63,466 nucleotides of DNA, filler included, from Perkinsus chesapeaki ATCC PRA-425 (GCA_013115145.1; 7 parts of 7 records of this genome joined end to end with filler, not necessarily neighbours in it), one strand, 5' to 3'. Shown: positions 47,932 to 60,806, counted from the whole stretch's first letter. Numbers and translations are program-made. The notes: generated by a model from the letters alone, not told the origin.

Positions 47932-50350
47932 CTAACCAGTACGAGCCAAGGAATCCCGATCGCTAAAATCGGAGGAATCCTCCCAGCCCTCCTTCCCTCT
48001 ATTACTGCTAGCAGTGAATCTCAATGGTAAGCTAAGCATCGCCATTTCCTTATAATCGTAGGCCTCTGGTATGAAGCCATCAACTGTAGGCAACCTCTCA
48101 CATACACGCCGTTGGAACTCAGCTGAGGTTGTGGCTACTTTGCGGTGAAGGAATCTGAAGGCACATAGTAATCTGAAAATATGCTGGGCTCGAAGATCTG
48201 ACTCCGAGTTCACACTCTAGGCAATGTGTTAACAAACGTGTCTCTTCTATCAGTAACTCTCAGTAGCAGTGTACTTTCGCAGAGAGGGTGATACATAATT
48301 ATAATTTGGAGATTATTGCAATATCGGATGCCTATACGATATTATATATGATACCCAATTGCTAACATTTTTCGACAACTACAAGCGATATATCACATAA
48401 GAGATATCTACCGATAGTACGACTGTGAATAATACTAGCTTCAAGCTAAGATACCATCGAGCCTGCTAATACCAAGCACATTGACCCATTACAATAACAA
48501 ATCTCTATATAACCAAACTTCCCCGGATATAACCAGCCGACCAATCAATAGTATTCCCACGTACCAATACACTATAATCATACCTCGACTACCTCAATAA
48601 TGCCGCCGCCGCACTCCCCTCGCCTACCTGTCCTGATGTGAGTATCCAAGAGCTTTAGCTTTGAACTGTGACAATGACTCTAGACACCAGCTACAATGCC
48701 ATCCTGCATCAGCTATAATAACACCAGATGTCGGGCCATGGGTGAACGACTGCCCTATAGGCACATTAGAGTCGTACCTTTCAAAGCTATCTGTCGGACT
48801 TCTACTGATGGTCGTGATAAGCAGAATGCGGTAACAACATTTTCGGAAGTTCACCGATGATGGGGCGAAATATTCACAAGCATTGATATAATAGCAATAG
48901 TTGAGCAACTATTGTCATAAGTATATAGTAATATACGAATTACAAATCTCCAAAGATAACAGAGTGAGTAAAGACCTTACCGATTAACACTAGCCGCCCT
49001 GGTGCGCTCCCTATACGTCAGACTGAATGCATATAGCTGATTCCTCAAGTCCAATTGAATTCTCATGGTTCCCTCCGGCCAGGGACCACAGGAGCTTAAT
49101 ACCCTAATACGAGAATCTTACTGAAATAGAATTATTATGTTCTTTTGCGTACCGTAAAATATCTGGTCTGGGTATCTCGTCCAAATCGGCAACAGTGAAG
49201 ATGTCACCTTCAGAAAGTCCAGCTTCTTCAGCAGCCTTTAGCATATTATTTCCCCTATGAGTCCCCTCCGCCTTAAACCCACTAAGAATGAATATTCTAA
49301 CACCTCTAGCCGCATCACTCGTACTACCCTCCAGATTTGGTATCGACGACTCTGTATTGAATCCGATCTCGGAATGGTGCGAATACAGGATCGTCCTTGA
49401 TGGTTGGATAGACCAGCTTCTTGGGCTGGCCTTGGAACGTCTCTGTGCCTTCTAGTATAACAAACTTATCGACAACCTGATAAATCATAGTAAAACTGCT
49501 TCCTAATACAATAATACTTATTAACGATAGTATTAAGAGAATGCTAACCAACCGACATTATCTATGCCGGAGTGATTATGGACTTATATTCAATATAGAA
49601 ATTGACGCCGACTCTCATCGAATGATCAATACCCTTCCGAAAACTAAAATTATCATTAATTCTAATAATATAAAATATGACTTCCCTCCTTTCCCTATAA
49701 AATCCAAATCGAGCGATAAGGTAGCCGAAGCCGCAGTTACTATTCTTGAATAAAGTCTCCCCATTACTGTATGGAAGAAAGTGTTCGTCTGCGTCATCAC
49801 ATATAGTGATAAATATACAACAATGCGCTTTGCGAAAACCTACTGATACTTACGTCTGCGAGGGTCCGCAATCTGACCTCTAAAAGATCTTTCTCGCCGG
49901 AGAAAAGAAATATGTCAAATACGTGAGCTTTCTCGGAGACCTGCTGGCAGCCCAAAGATATTTTCAAGCTCAACTTGATGCTACCGGTTCCATGCCGTAA
50001 AGCGTACAGGTACTGGAAGCGTCCCCGGACCAACCGTAATTAGGTAAAACGTGCGAGTAATGATACCGGCGATCGCGGTCCCAAAACGGGCGGAAAAAAT
50101 ACGGCACCCAGACCTGACAAGAATCCTCTATGTTATCGGAGAATATAGACGGTATTACAGTAAAGGTTATATTGAAGAGGTCGAGACGCCAAAGGATAAC
50201 AAAGCAAGCAAATAATAGCAGTATAATACAAAGACAAGCTCTCAGTGGCCGACGAGCTAGAAGGGAACCAACTCCGGGAACTCGGAGAAGACGGCTCCTC
50301 AGGGTAGCTCGTAGAGGGCGCAGGCCGGAAGTAGAGGCATCAGATCCCAT
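47932..50350 (-). CDS. GT17-family glycosyltransferase (beta-1,4-GlcNAc transferase III / MGAT3-like), type II membrane protein
   Basis: N-terminal TM (ACLCIILLLFACFVILW), VFDIFLFSGEKDLLEVRL..L, VVDKFVILEGTETFQGQPK, VADLDEIPRP, AGWHCSWC, KALGYSH. Confidence 0.88.
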
Positions 50351-50555
50351 GATATGAGAAAACGACAACGAAAAAACGCCCGGTGGTCCGAACTGCGCCA
50401 AAAAGTGGTCCGACCTTCGCCAAAGCTCGTACGAAGGCTTTATTTAGGAGGAAACNNNNNNNNNNNNNNNNNNNNNNNNNNNNNNNNNNNNNNNNNNNNT
50501 TAATTAATTAANNNNNNNNNNNNNNNNNNNNNNNNNNNNNNNNNNNNNNNNNNNN

Positions 50556-50660
50556 TGTTCTGGGCTATATTAATTTGTTCTGGGCTTTTACCAATTTGTT
50601 CTGGGCTATATTAATTTGTTCTGGGCTTCAACCAATTTGGTCTTGGCTTTTACTAATTAG
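50556..50660. repeat. 20/21-bp tandem repeat (gttctgggct core) at the contig end
   Basis: Alternating units tgttctgggctatattaatt and tgttctgggcttttaccaatt. Confidence 0.92.
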
Positions 50661-52039
50661 ATGTTGAAATGGTGTAGTATTCTTCTCGTCACCGCTATGC
50701 AAGACACCAACATTAGCATTCACATATCGCAAATCTAGTGTCACACGAAAGTTAGCATTAAGGGCCTCATTGTCATTCTCATTTAGAATAACTGGCAATT
50801 TCTTCCAAAATGCATCACCCTTCTTGGCCACTAATGCAATCTCATTAATTGTCCAAGCATCTTGGATAGGTATCCTCTCCACTTCATTTTCCTTCTCCAT
50901 GGGCTCCAGTAATCTATATATAGCTACCTTCTCTTTACTTGATCTCCTTCTTATGGTCTCGATACGCCGAACTGGTGCCAGTTCATTCTTGATGATCTCA
51001 ATAGGCATCATACAATCCATATCAGTTTCATCCACTGCCCGTGCTGCATGAAGGTCAGCCTCCTTTATGGGTATGCCACCCTGAATGTCCGAATTCATAA
51101 GACCAACTCTCATAATCGGTGCTATAACCGTTTGCTAGTTGTCATCTTCCTCGGTAATATTATTTTGCTCCTCCATAATCATAGCTGCATTAGCTATGGT
51201 GTTCTCATCCTGATTATTAGGGTTGCCATTCACCATTTCTCTTCTACACTTGTAGTGAAACTTCTTAACCGGCGCTGATGCTTGACAAACCATAGCTGCA
51301 TAGAGTTCTGTAGCAGGTGTATCATCATTATCATCATCCATGACATGGATTCCATGTGCTCAGCCGACACTTGAACTTCAGCATTACAGGCATTTCTTGC
51401 TGGCGTCATCACTTTCTCATTTTTACGGGCCCACCTTCTCAGCTCCAGCCTGAGGGCAATAAAAGTGGAAGTAGACGCAGCACCCAGACTATCAAGCCAG
51501 TCAGTGATCTTCTCCGGCATACTAGCATACAATTTGGATACCATCTCAGAATCTCTAACTGGTACGCCACGAGATTGGCCCACCCTATCCGCTAGCACTA
51601 ATAAAGTAGATAAATGGTTTTCCATACGAGAGGAGCCAATTTTGTATTGGAAGGTATCTCACTCGTGTTGGATAGATGCATTTCCACCCACCGATGTGTA
51701 CTCAGTAATCAGGATCGTCTCAAGCAACTCCAGCTTCTCTTGCCAAGCATGAGCATTTATTGCTTTAGCAGTACATTGCCGTTTAAGTTCTCGGCTGCAG
51801 TAAGAGTTAACATCGGCGTCCAAGTTGGCCTTCAGAGTAAAGAACGTGGCCACATCTGTAGCACAAGCGTATTCTTCCAAAGTATTTAGCTCCTCTAAGA
51901 ACAGCGTTACCGGACGCTTATCATTCAGGCCACAAAAGGGGCCACCCAAAAGACCAATAGACGATTTGGCACGAGCCACTACCTTCTGGATATCCTCGTC
52001 TTTCTTAGCTTTCTCTTCGCTCTTATTGTCGTTAACCAC
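50628..52039 (-). mobile_element. Degenerate LTR/DIRS-type retroelement: gag-like ORF fragments plus start of reverse transcriptase
   Basis: Frameshifted, intronless ORFs at 51659-52039, 51230-51625, 51135-51341 and 50628-51113. RT N-terminal motifs AW..NEIALVAKKG and FRVTLDLRYVNA. Confidence 0.65.
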
Positions 52040-52152
52040 CTCTGGTGTTTGAACACAGCCATGTCGAAGAAAACACTGAGTGTGCCGATGGTTTTTTTTA
52101 CGGTCCGTAAACCATTCAACCGAATGGAGAAGGGAGAGAAAAATAATGACAT

Positions 52153-52401
52153 TTACATTCCTCTCGCCAAAGCTACAAACCGCGCGACACTACTACTATT
52201 ATTTCGAACAAAGTCGTCTTTATCTGCCATAACAGGAGAACAACCAAAACACTGAATTCGGATATTCTCGTACTTACGGCATGTAAAAAGCCTATGTTCG
52301 ATGTCATCTACTATATTATGATCGTCATCAGTACATACCCTACAGAAGGGATTGTCTACTTTTGAGCTTAGTAACCAAATCCACCTTTTGATCTTGAACA
52401 T
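52153..52401 (-). mobile_element. Possible non-LTR retrotransposon C-terminal CCHC relic
   Basis: PFCRVCTDDDHNIVDDIEHRLFTCRKYENIR fits C-x2-C-xn-E-H-x4-C, typical of LINE ORF2 3' ends. Confidence 0.45.
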
Positions 52402-53730
52402 GAATAGAATTCAAATCCGAAGGCAGAACTAAAGGCAACATATCCACAGGAACCTTTAGATAATCGGATAATGCAGAGGTATCTGAATCAGATGGACCAG
52501 TCGACGCTCCTCTCAAACTACTCGAACCAGACGCAACAGGCAACGAGAAGTGTTGAGTGGGAGATGTTCTGGGCTTAGCCCCTATTATGTCAGCGGTAGA
52601 TCTCCCATTGTTCAACTCGGGACTTGATGATGGTAAACTCGTAATAACAAATAGGAAATAGTAGTAGTGGCTCTCATTTATTATTTACGTAGTATAGCAA
52701 ACTAACTAGCGTAACAGCTTTGCGTTACAGACAGTTTAGAGGATATACAAGATAGCAAGATATAACATAATATTCATTCATCGACCAATAAAATACTATC
52801 ACACCTCCACATCATACTATCTCGATTTCAAGTGGTGGTGTCGCACTGGACGTATTGTCAGAAACGTAGATAGAACCTACATAATGCTCTCGGGACCTTT
52901 ACCTACTCTAATAGAAGAGATTTTCTGGAAGATCCCATCCAAGAAAAAAATCCAGTTTGCTTGCTCCTGCAGTGGGATCCTATTCATTGTGTGGTAATTC
53001 GGGGCGCTGATGGAAAGTCGAGTTCTCATAACACTATTAGCATCGAGTGACGAGGCAAGCGTTGGGAACAGGCACTCGGTGCTGAGTAAGTTCGTGGAAA
53101 TTCATTTGCTTTACACACTTTAGCGATCTCTGAGAACAAGTGTGTGTGTTTTTGTCAGGGTAACTTCCCTATCCCTTTGCCACTGTTCAATCGTGAATCA
53201 TTTGATGCTGGGACTTACACAACGCCTGGAGCTAACGAGGGCAGCAGCAGCAGGGCCGATGAAAAGATAAGTGATTGGCCAACTGATAGTAGCAAGAAGT
53301 GAGCTCGTCAAAGAGGGAGTTCTGGTTCCTGTTACTGATTAAGCAGGATGTGTTGTATATAACAGTTTCAAGCTTGAAGAAGGTGCCTTTGACTTCTAAA
53401 TTATGGCCCACTAATCCAAACTTGCCCTGCTGTTGTCTGGTCCAATTGCTGTGCAGTAGCGATACGGGGCATGGGGTGTGTTGATTGGCATCTTCCCCTG
53501 AGGTACTCCACTAGCTGCAGTTCTTCATTATGGATATACCACGCAGGTTAAAATATGGATAGTTCGACTTTTAGAAAAAGTTGCAAGTGGTGCGAGCAAC
53601 TTTGATTTCCCTGCGATGCGATGTCGTCTCTGTAAGTCATGGTATGGCAGACATTATCACAAGGTTTCAGCTACACCTTGCTGCCGCCGCGTAATCCTAC
53701 GACTCAAGTTGATTGTTTTCCATATCCTCC

Positions 53731-56393
53731 ATGACTACTCCCGCTGGCCGACCGCTCCCTTTGCTTGTTTCATCCACTTTAACTGCTCCATTGTTGACTA
53801 CATGCTCTATACAAGTCCGTTGCTTTGCTGGGGTCCAAGGCACCATGGGCTCCTATGCCAAGGCATTTCGATGGGGTTCGCAGAGGAAGAAGGGAAGATG
53901 GTAAATTAAAGGCGGCGGCGCTCAACGTGCTGCCACGATTGCTTTGTGGCTTATCCACGCACCTGCATAAAACTACCTTTTACTTGCTCCACTCTCACGT
54001 CTATTCAAAAAGTGAACCGCCACACGAGCTATAAGACTCCTTCACGAATGGGTCCAGAAAGCGGAGGCTGATGTATTGGTAGGTATTATCGTTATCATAA
54101 GCCACTAGGCCACGGAAACTGGCAGAAGTATATCGAACGATATGAGACACCAAGGGAGCTAGAGTCGAGGCAAAGATTGGTGTTCTCGACACGTGCTGAT
54201 TACAGAACGTAAAGTGAAGCCGACCGAAGTGGAATCGAATGACGCTGGTTGATGATGTAGATACAAACAAGCAATCAGCTGGCAATGGAAACTGCCAAAG
54301 GCTATAGCCGAGGCCACCACGGTTGATGAGGTGGGGGAGGGGTTGTGAGTAATGTGGTATGGGTTGTGACACAGGTACTCGATGCCTGGATGTTATACCG
54401 ACATCGGAGGTTCAAGCAACACCATCACTTCTTTAAAGTACTTCAAAGACTTGTGGAGGTAGCGAAGATATCGGTAGCCATAAATTCACTTCTCGCTCAC
54501 CCAGGTGCAGGGTGCCAATGGGCATGTTAACACCAGCGATTGGCGACTGGCTTTCATCACTAAAAAGGTAACCTGCTAATGCATCATCGGTCGTTGTAGT
54601 ATTGCTGCATCAGCTACGTGGAAGAACAAAGCAGATAGTTAACACGCCAAGGTTGGCAAGACTTTACTCTAGATTGGGCTCCGGTGACCATATGTGGTTT
54701 ATGGTTGAAAAATGCACACGCTATTTAGCCAGAGAGGATATGTTGAGGAGGTCCTCACCACGCACTAGTAGCATACCATATGGCTCCTGTGCAGATACAA
54801 ACCTTATCAATTAGTTTGGATCGCGGATGCCTGGGGATCTTGTCGTCTTCGAGACACCTATCTCTTTAATAGGTTAGCCAGGTTAGCTGGGGAAAGTGTG
54901 GTATTAGTACTGCTAAGTACGTCTTCTTGTAGGTATCTATCCAGAGTGGTTCCTCAGTTGAGCTCCGACCAGCTAATCACGGTCCTGGTAGCTTACGGTC
55001 GATGCGAGGTCACCCACACAGTTTTGGTTGGGAAGATTCTCAGTCAGCTTCTGACTAGAAAGCTCTCAGTACTGCTCTCGGGGCCTGCAGATAATATTCC
55101 CGATTGAAAGGTTCAACAGCATGCAGATATTGTGTCCGCTTTGGCACTGCTGCGAGTTCAAGACTACACCGCACTAGAGATGGCCTCACATGCAGCAGTC
55201 AATGCCATTAACACTGGTGTTGGGTAAAGCGGTGCCGCCCCGCATTTGTTACACTTGTTTTGGAAGGTATAGCACAGAGGATCTTTGTAGGATAGCAGAT
55301 GCACACTCGACCTTGAAGGTTAACGATATCAAACTGATGCAGAATGTAGCACCGGACTAGGTCGTCGAGGCGGCCGTAGAGAGTTTCCTCCTCCTCAGTT
55401 ACTAGCACATGCAAGAGATCACGGTTATGATTGGAGCCCATTGAATCTGGCTAAACTAGGGCAATGCGCAGCTCCTGTGGTGGCGAGTGACAAAAAAGCG
55501 TAGGAGGGAGGACGTCATTCGACGTCACGGGTGGTGGCAGGTTCGCTGTGATGCTGGACGAGCTTAATATGTATGTTCCTATTATGGAGTCGCTAGAGGA
55601 GATAACGGCAGCTGCGAACTTTGCCTATCTCCATCAGCGGTAGGTATCATTCGTGGCTTCAATTGTCGATGAACGACTCCTCAAGCCGTTGAGGAAAATC
55701 AACTCTGCTTCACATCTTCGAAAAGACCATTAAACCTTTCTCATCGATGATACATCTGGACCTTTCAGATATCACCCGCAAGCACTCGATGGTAACAAGC
55801 TATGTACGAGCCTGGTAGAGAAGTTAGCACTGAGAGTTCCGGAACTGACCAATCAGTCTCCTATGTGAGATAGCCTAGGGTAACATAAGGGTCTAGTATG
55901 ATGTGTTATACAGGTTTAATATAGCACAACTGGCCCGATCTCTGACCTACTTCAAGGAGTTTGACCAGAAGGTTTGGTTCACTATTCTTAAGCATTCCTC
56001 CAAGTCCGCTGAGTGGTGTGAGGCTAAGGAGCTCGTAGGACGCCTTGGAAAAGAATTCGGATAATTGGAGACCTGATTCGCATTCTCGATCAGTTATCAC
56101 TGAGTTACTGCCTCCACCGTTTGAAACCGTCCTTGGCGAAGGAGCTTCCTATGAGAACAGTGGCAATGGCTCAAGCTCAGTGGGCACTTAAACGAAAGGA
56201 GGAGTTCGCTCCGTACCAGCCTCGTTCCGCTACCACCGCACGTTTTTGTTCCAACAGATACGACTGGGACCGCATTAGGTCGTGGCTGCGGTCTCGGAAT
56301 GGTTATCACTGTGGGAAAAGATACGTCACGGAAATGGCAGAATACAGAAAGCTAACTAAAGGACCCAGCCTCAGGCTCAGCGCCAGGGCATGA
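53731..56393 (+). CDS. Probable mitochondrial helical-repeat (HPR/OPR/RAP-like) protein, multi-exon
   Basis: Presequence-like start (MTTPAGRPLPLLVSSTLTAPLLTTCSIQVRCFAG). Spliced exons WKLPKAIAEATTVDEVLDAWMLYRHRRFKQHHHFFKVLQRLVE and repeat-like LSSDQLITVLVAYGRCEVTHTVLVGKI. Arg-rich last exon 56121-56393. Confidence 0.5.
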
Positions 56394-56979
56394 TAAAACG
56401 GTTTCGGTCACCATGTGTTTTTAGATGTGTTTCTGATTAACAATCTGCTGTTTTGATTGTTGTTAACGGCAGATGGGCATTAGCCTAGGCCGCAAGTGAC
56501 TGGCGTATTGTAATGAAGCTTAGACCAACGCAAAGCAAGCAGGTGCGTGAAATACTAAACCGACGTGTGATTAAAAAAAGAGTTGATGTATGCTTGTTGG
56601 ACATCAAGGCGACCACGAGCACTGTTAGTACACGAACAGCGTTAATAAGGTTGAACTTGGTACAATGAGCCTAGAAGGCTTCTGAAGGAAAAAGACACAT
56701 CGTGACTACTACAAAGCCCTGAGGCAGATTGGATTCCTTGTTGATAATTTTCGGGGAGCAAGGAACTCAAGTACGGCAATCCTAAAGTCTATGTGTGCGA
56801 GAACGATCCATAGTAGCGACCATTTTATAGAGATTCGAATATGAAGAGTAATGCCGAATGCCTACGGTCTAATCCCTCTGCTATAAGCAAAGGAAAGGGC
56901 TCTATCGAATGCCTCTCTATTGTCCACTTGCTGGTCTCTGACATATTCGCATATCTACATCGCAGTGCGCTTCGCAAGG

Positions 56980-59900
56980 TGGATGTGAAAGTTTCTTACT
57001 TGCAGAACTTTTGACGAGGGAAACAGAAAAGGATATCTCTCACGGTTAACATCAGCGAACCTGAAAAGCTGCCGTGCATTGTTAGGTGAATGACGCTATA
57101 ACCAAGGTATCCAGGTATCATAGTTGATAAACCTGGTCAAGTAGGGGTCCTCAGGAGTGCACGTTCGAACCTGTGTTCAATGATGATGGTGTTGGCGAGC
57201 GGTCACACAACAACTCACTCCGCATACTTTCCACACGTATCCCATTTCAGGATGACGAGCCAATGTGGCTGCCGTATCTGAACGACGACCGTCGCCCAAT
57301 AGTTCCACTCATTCCGGAGGAGAATTACGTTTGTCAAAATCACTTCTAGGTAACTTCCCTGCGTCTGTATACGAAAGGAACTTGAATACTTCGCATTCTG
57401 GTGACATCTGAAGCAAGCCGGTGTTCAACGTACCACCACAAACCGTGGTCTTTGTGGTCTTTCAGGTTTGCATTACAAAAGAGCTCATGTGGGCTCCTAT
57501 GTTCGGGACATCGATGACCCAGGCTCCAGGGTACCTAAACTGAGAGATGAACGAGAGGATGCCTACCCCCCGACTTACCTCACTGGTTGAAGCAAACCTG
57601 TATCCTTGTGGCGAGTCATCGAACTTTCGTTAAACACATGCGGAGAGTCGTGCATCTCAACGCCATCACTTCCTGATTAACGAGAACGTCATAGAACATC
57701 CGCGGTGTTCCATTCTTTTCAAGAGCAGTGCTCGCGCACGGCTTAATGGTAAATTTCCTTACGTGTCCACGCAAAATTCTGGGCTATAAATCTGGTTGTC
57801 AGGGACACTGGAAACTCGTCGACCTCCGGCTGACAGTATTTGAAAGCGGCAACTTGCTCCGCCGACGGCAACTGGAATAGGGATCGCCGTTCCTTAGCAT
57901 TATTGCTACACATATGAGATATCACTTCGTCTAAGTCGCCATGAATCAGGAAAACGTTATCGTTCATTGTATCATTGAACTGCTCCTTGTATTTCTCGAA
58001 GACCAAAGCTCTGGCAAACTCTTCAAGGTCGTACCTGGTTGGTCACTTGAGCTGTATGGATAGTGCTCAGTATTATCCACGTGTTAATCAGCGTTAATAC
58101 ACTCAAAGCCCATTCAACGCCAATAGATATCAATTCATTCTACGACCACACATATTGCCCAGTAACATATTTACCGACAGCCACACGATATTGGCAACGC
58201 CCCTTGCTGTACCACACTACTCCGCCGTACTTACTTCCCTTCTCTTTTGTGCCTTCTTATTTTCTTACAGGTTCGTATCGCTCTTGCTCTCTTCTTTTCT
58301 CTCCATCTGCCCGAAAACTTCTTTTCACGATTCTCGAGCACTGCTCGTGTTTGTTGTATATTCTCGTCCGAATGGATCCCAGACCATGCTCTCAGACCAT
58401 CTGTACCATCCTCGTCCCCATGTAGCTCGCTTTCCCCTTCTCCATACGGCCCGCTTTCCCCTTCTACATATAGCTCGCTCTCCCCCTCCTCGAATGGATA
58501 GATCTCCCCATACCCACATGGCTCGGTCTCATTATCTCGCCTTACCAAAGCATACTCGTACTGCTCGAGCTTACGTCGTTTGAGTTTATCGTAGCGTGAG
58601 AATGAGGAGTCGTCCATGACAGTGTATACAATTTTGTGGCGGAATCTTCGGAACCTGTTTAATCATATGCTGCATCGATCGACGAAAGATTCTTCAAGAC
58701 TAACCTTGGGGAATTGAGGACTGAGCCAAGCATAAGAGGCTTGTCCCACTTCTTCAAAGATTTCGAAGTTTCCAGAATTATGAATGCCTGAGGTACTGGT
58801 TAATTACTGCGTAATTAACTAAACTAATAACGTGACGTCCCCTCCTTACATCAACTACAGGTTCCAGCTCGTAGAGCCTGAGTTCGAGCTGGTCAAACTC
58901 GTATGCAAAAAGCAGCAGATCCACGATTTTGAGAGGGTTCTCTCTGCTCCCATTCATGTACCTAATTACATTGTGATACTAATGATAAGAAAACATGTCC
59001 ATCGCCATGAGCAGTTCATGGCGCCTAGAGAACGTTGCCTCCTCCTTACGGATTGCTAGCACAGTCCCAGCGAAGCTGCCGTTCAGGAGGCCTTTCAAAC
59101 GTCGACGCCTGCTTGTTAGGTTCTTGCAACAATCGCGGTTTGAGTAGATCTGCGTATCGCATGATCCACTCCTGAGAATTCCGAACACGATAATACGATT
59201 TCAAACACTTTAATGCGTAAAACTTGTACCGTATTATTTGGATGAGTTTTATCTGCTAAGGCTGCCCAGTCGAAGTCCTTCCCTGCACGTTGCCCTAACT
59301 CATCAAAGCTCGGACTTATCTCCCATGGACCTGATTCCACTCGGCTGCATAAACCTCATAAACTTGCCGAGCGTATCGCACCTAACAGTCGTAGATCCAC
59401 TTCTTCTCCATATTGAGTACTGTTCTCAGCTGCGTCATTTAAGACCTTCGAGATGTAGTCACCATATATTCCTGCACACTTGAGAATTCCACGTGAGTAA
59501 AACAGAGGGAATCCTCTCTCGCCTGGATCATGAGTAACACTCTGGTTGAAATTGTACTCCTTCCGGACCGGCTCGGGATCTTGGATCGGCTCGGGCGGCG
59601 CATTTCTGAAAAGGACAATACTTCTGGAGAGTAGTGTTGCTGAGAATTCGTACTCTCGATTCGCACGTATGAATTCCCTCCCCCCTCTGCTCGCGAGTTG
59701 GTCTACAGGTATGGAATTCTGCACACCAGACAAGCCTCACGACTGGACGACCTTAAATGTGCTACCTGGTCTTGAATGAGAGGCATTGGCCACCCATCCA
59801 TGATGAAATATGATAGAAGCCACAATACTAAGGCTTCGGCGCTGAAGATCAGCAATAGTAGCTTCCAAAAAGAAAGAAAACTCATAAAACTGGAACAAAT

Positions 59901-60060
59901 TGCCATCCACTGTGAACACACAATACCATGCAATAAAGGAGAAGCTTGCACGAATTGGCGCCTCGCATTTTCCCTCAATCCCACTCGGGTCGTATCATAT
60001 GAATCATATGCATACAAGAATGCCTCAGCATTATTAAAGTTGTTTTGCGCTGAGATCCCT
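56980..60060 (-). CDS. Second GT17-like glycosyltransferase with a large N-terminal extension, multi-exon; both ends uncertain
   Basis: Spliced: RENPLKIVDLLLFAYEFDQLELRLYELEPVVD|AFIILE, RFRRFRHKIVY, IHGDLDEV, IGAHMSSF, KFLSYTD, VNRERYPFL. The motifs appear in GT17 order. Confidence 0.75.
58415..58500. repeat. 24-bp tandem repeat, about 3.5 copies (EGESELYV / EGESGPYG / EGESELHG on the minus strand)
   Basis: gctcgctttccccttctccatacg-like units. Confidence 0.8.
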
Positions 60061-60763
60061 GCGGAAAAAGTAGGTGAAAAAAGCTATAACAAGGCTTTGG
60101 GGATATAACAGGGCTTCGAGCCCCTCGTGGCTAGACGGCAAAGAATAAGTCACTGCAAACCCGGCATACTTTTGGCGATGTGAGACTCATTCTCGCTAAT
60201 TACAGCTAGAGCTGTATTGAACCTCATTGTTGCATGCATGGGTGGCGTCACCGTCTGTGACAGGCCGGACAGTCATAACGCGAAAACATTTCCTTACATC
60301 TCGTGTTTATATGGCCCGTGACTAGCCTCTACGTAATGGTGACCATAACGTGGTCCCCTATAATGGCGCAAGCTTGGTCTGAGACATGCCTCCAACATAT
60401 AACTCCGTTCAGACCCGACCTGTACCGACCCGTTCAGACTGCACGCATGCGCACTGCCTCCATGAGACATGGAATTGTGCTGGTTCGGGTTTCCCCTCTT
60501 AATCTGGTTAGAAGGTCTTGATCTTGTCGCAATCTTTCAGCGCAGCGGCGAGTAAGAGAGTAGTGATAGTAAGTTCAGTCTCAATTATGCATCCTTTGAC
60601 GTAGGTGCCGCTTGATACTATCGAGTCATCAAGTTGATAGATGCCACCCTTCGCGCCACCACACTTGTCGACGCAGAAGCAGTCGGGTGAAGGCGCAACC
60701 CAAGGCAGAAGTAGTGCTTAGTAGTGAAAGGTAAGTCCTAGCCTGGGAAAAGTACAGTACGCG

Positions 60764-60806
60764 TCATCTAGAACGCGCGCTTCTTGACAATTGATTTATA
60801 TCTTAA
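60764..60806. repeat. 43-bp dispersed repeat, copy 2
   Basis: tcatctagaacgcgcgcttcttgacaattgatttatatcttaa. Confidence 0.9.

Noticed and set aside
56167-56175. TGGCTCAAG as a spliced-leader relic
   Set aside because: Only 9 nt match the SL 3' end and it lies inside a coding exon. No longer SL match was seen on either strand.
57144-57350. Plus-strand open frame GPQECTFEPVF...
   Set aside because: It is antisense to GT17 exons (KFLSYTD, NRERYPFL) that carry family motifs and proper splice sites.
58980-60300. KDZ/CxC-type transposase suggested by NNFNN and Cys pairs
   Set aside because: The CxHG core and DDE-type motifs are absent, and the exons splice in frame to clear GT17 motifs.
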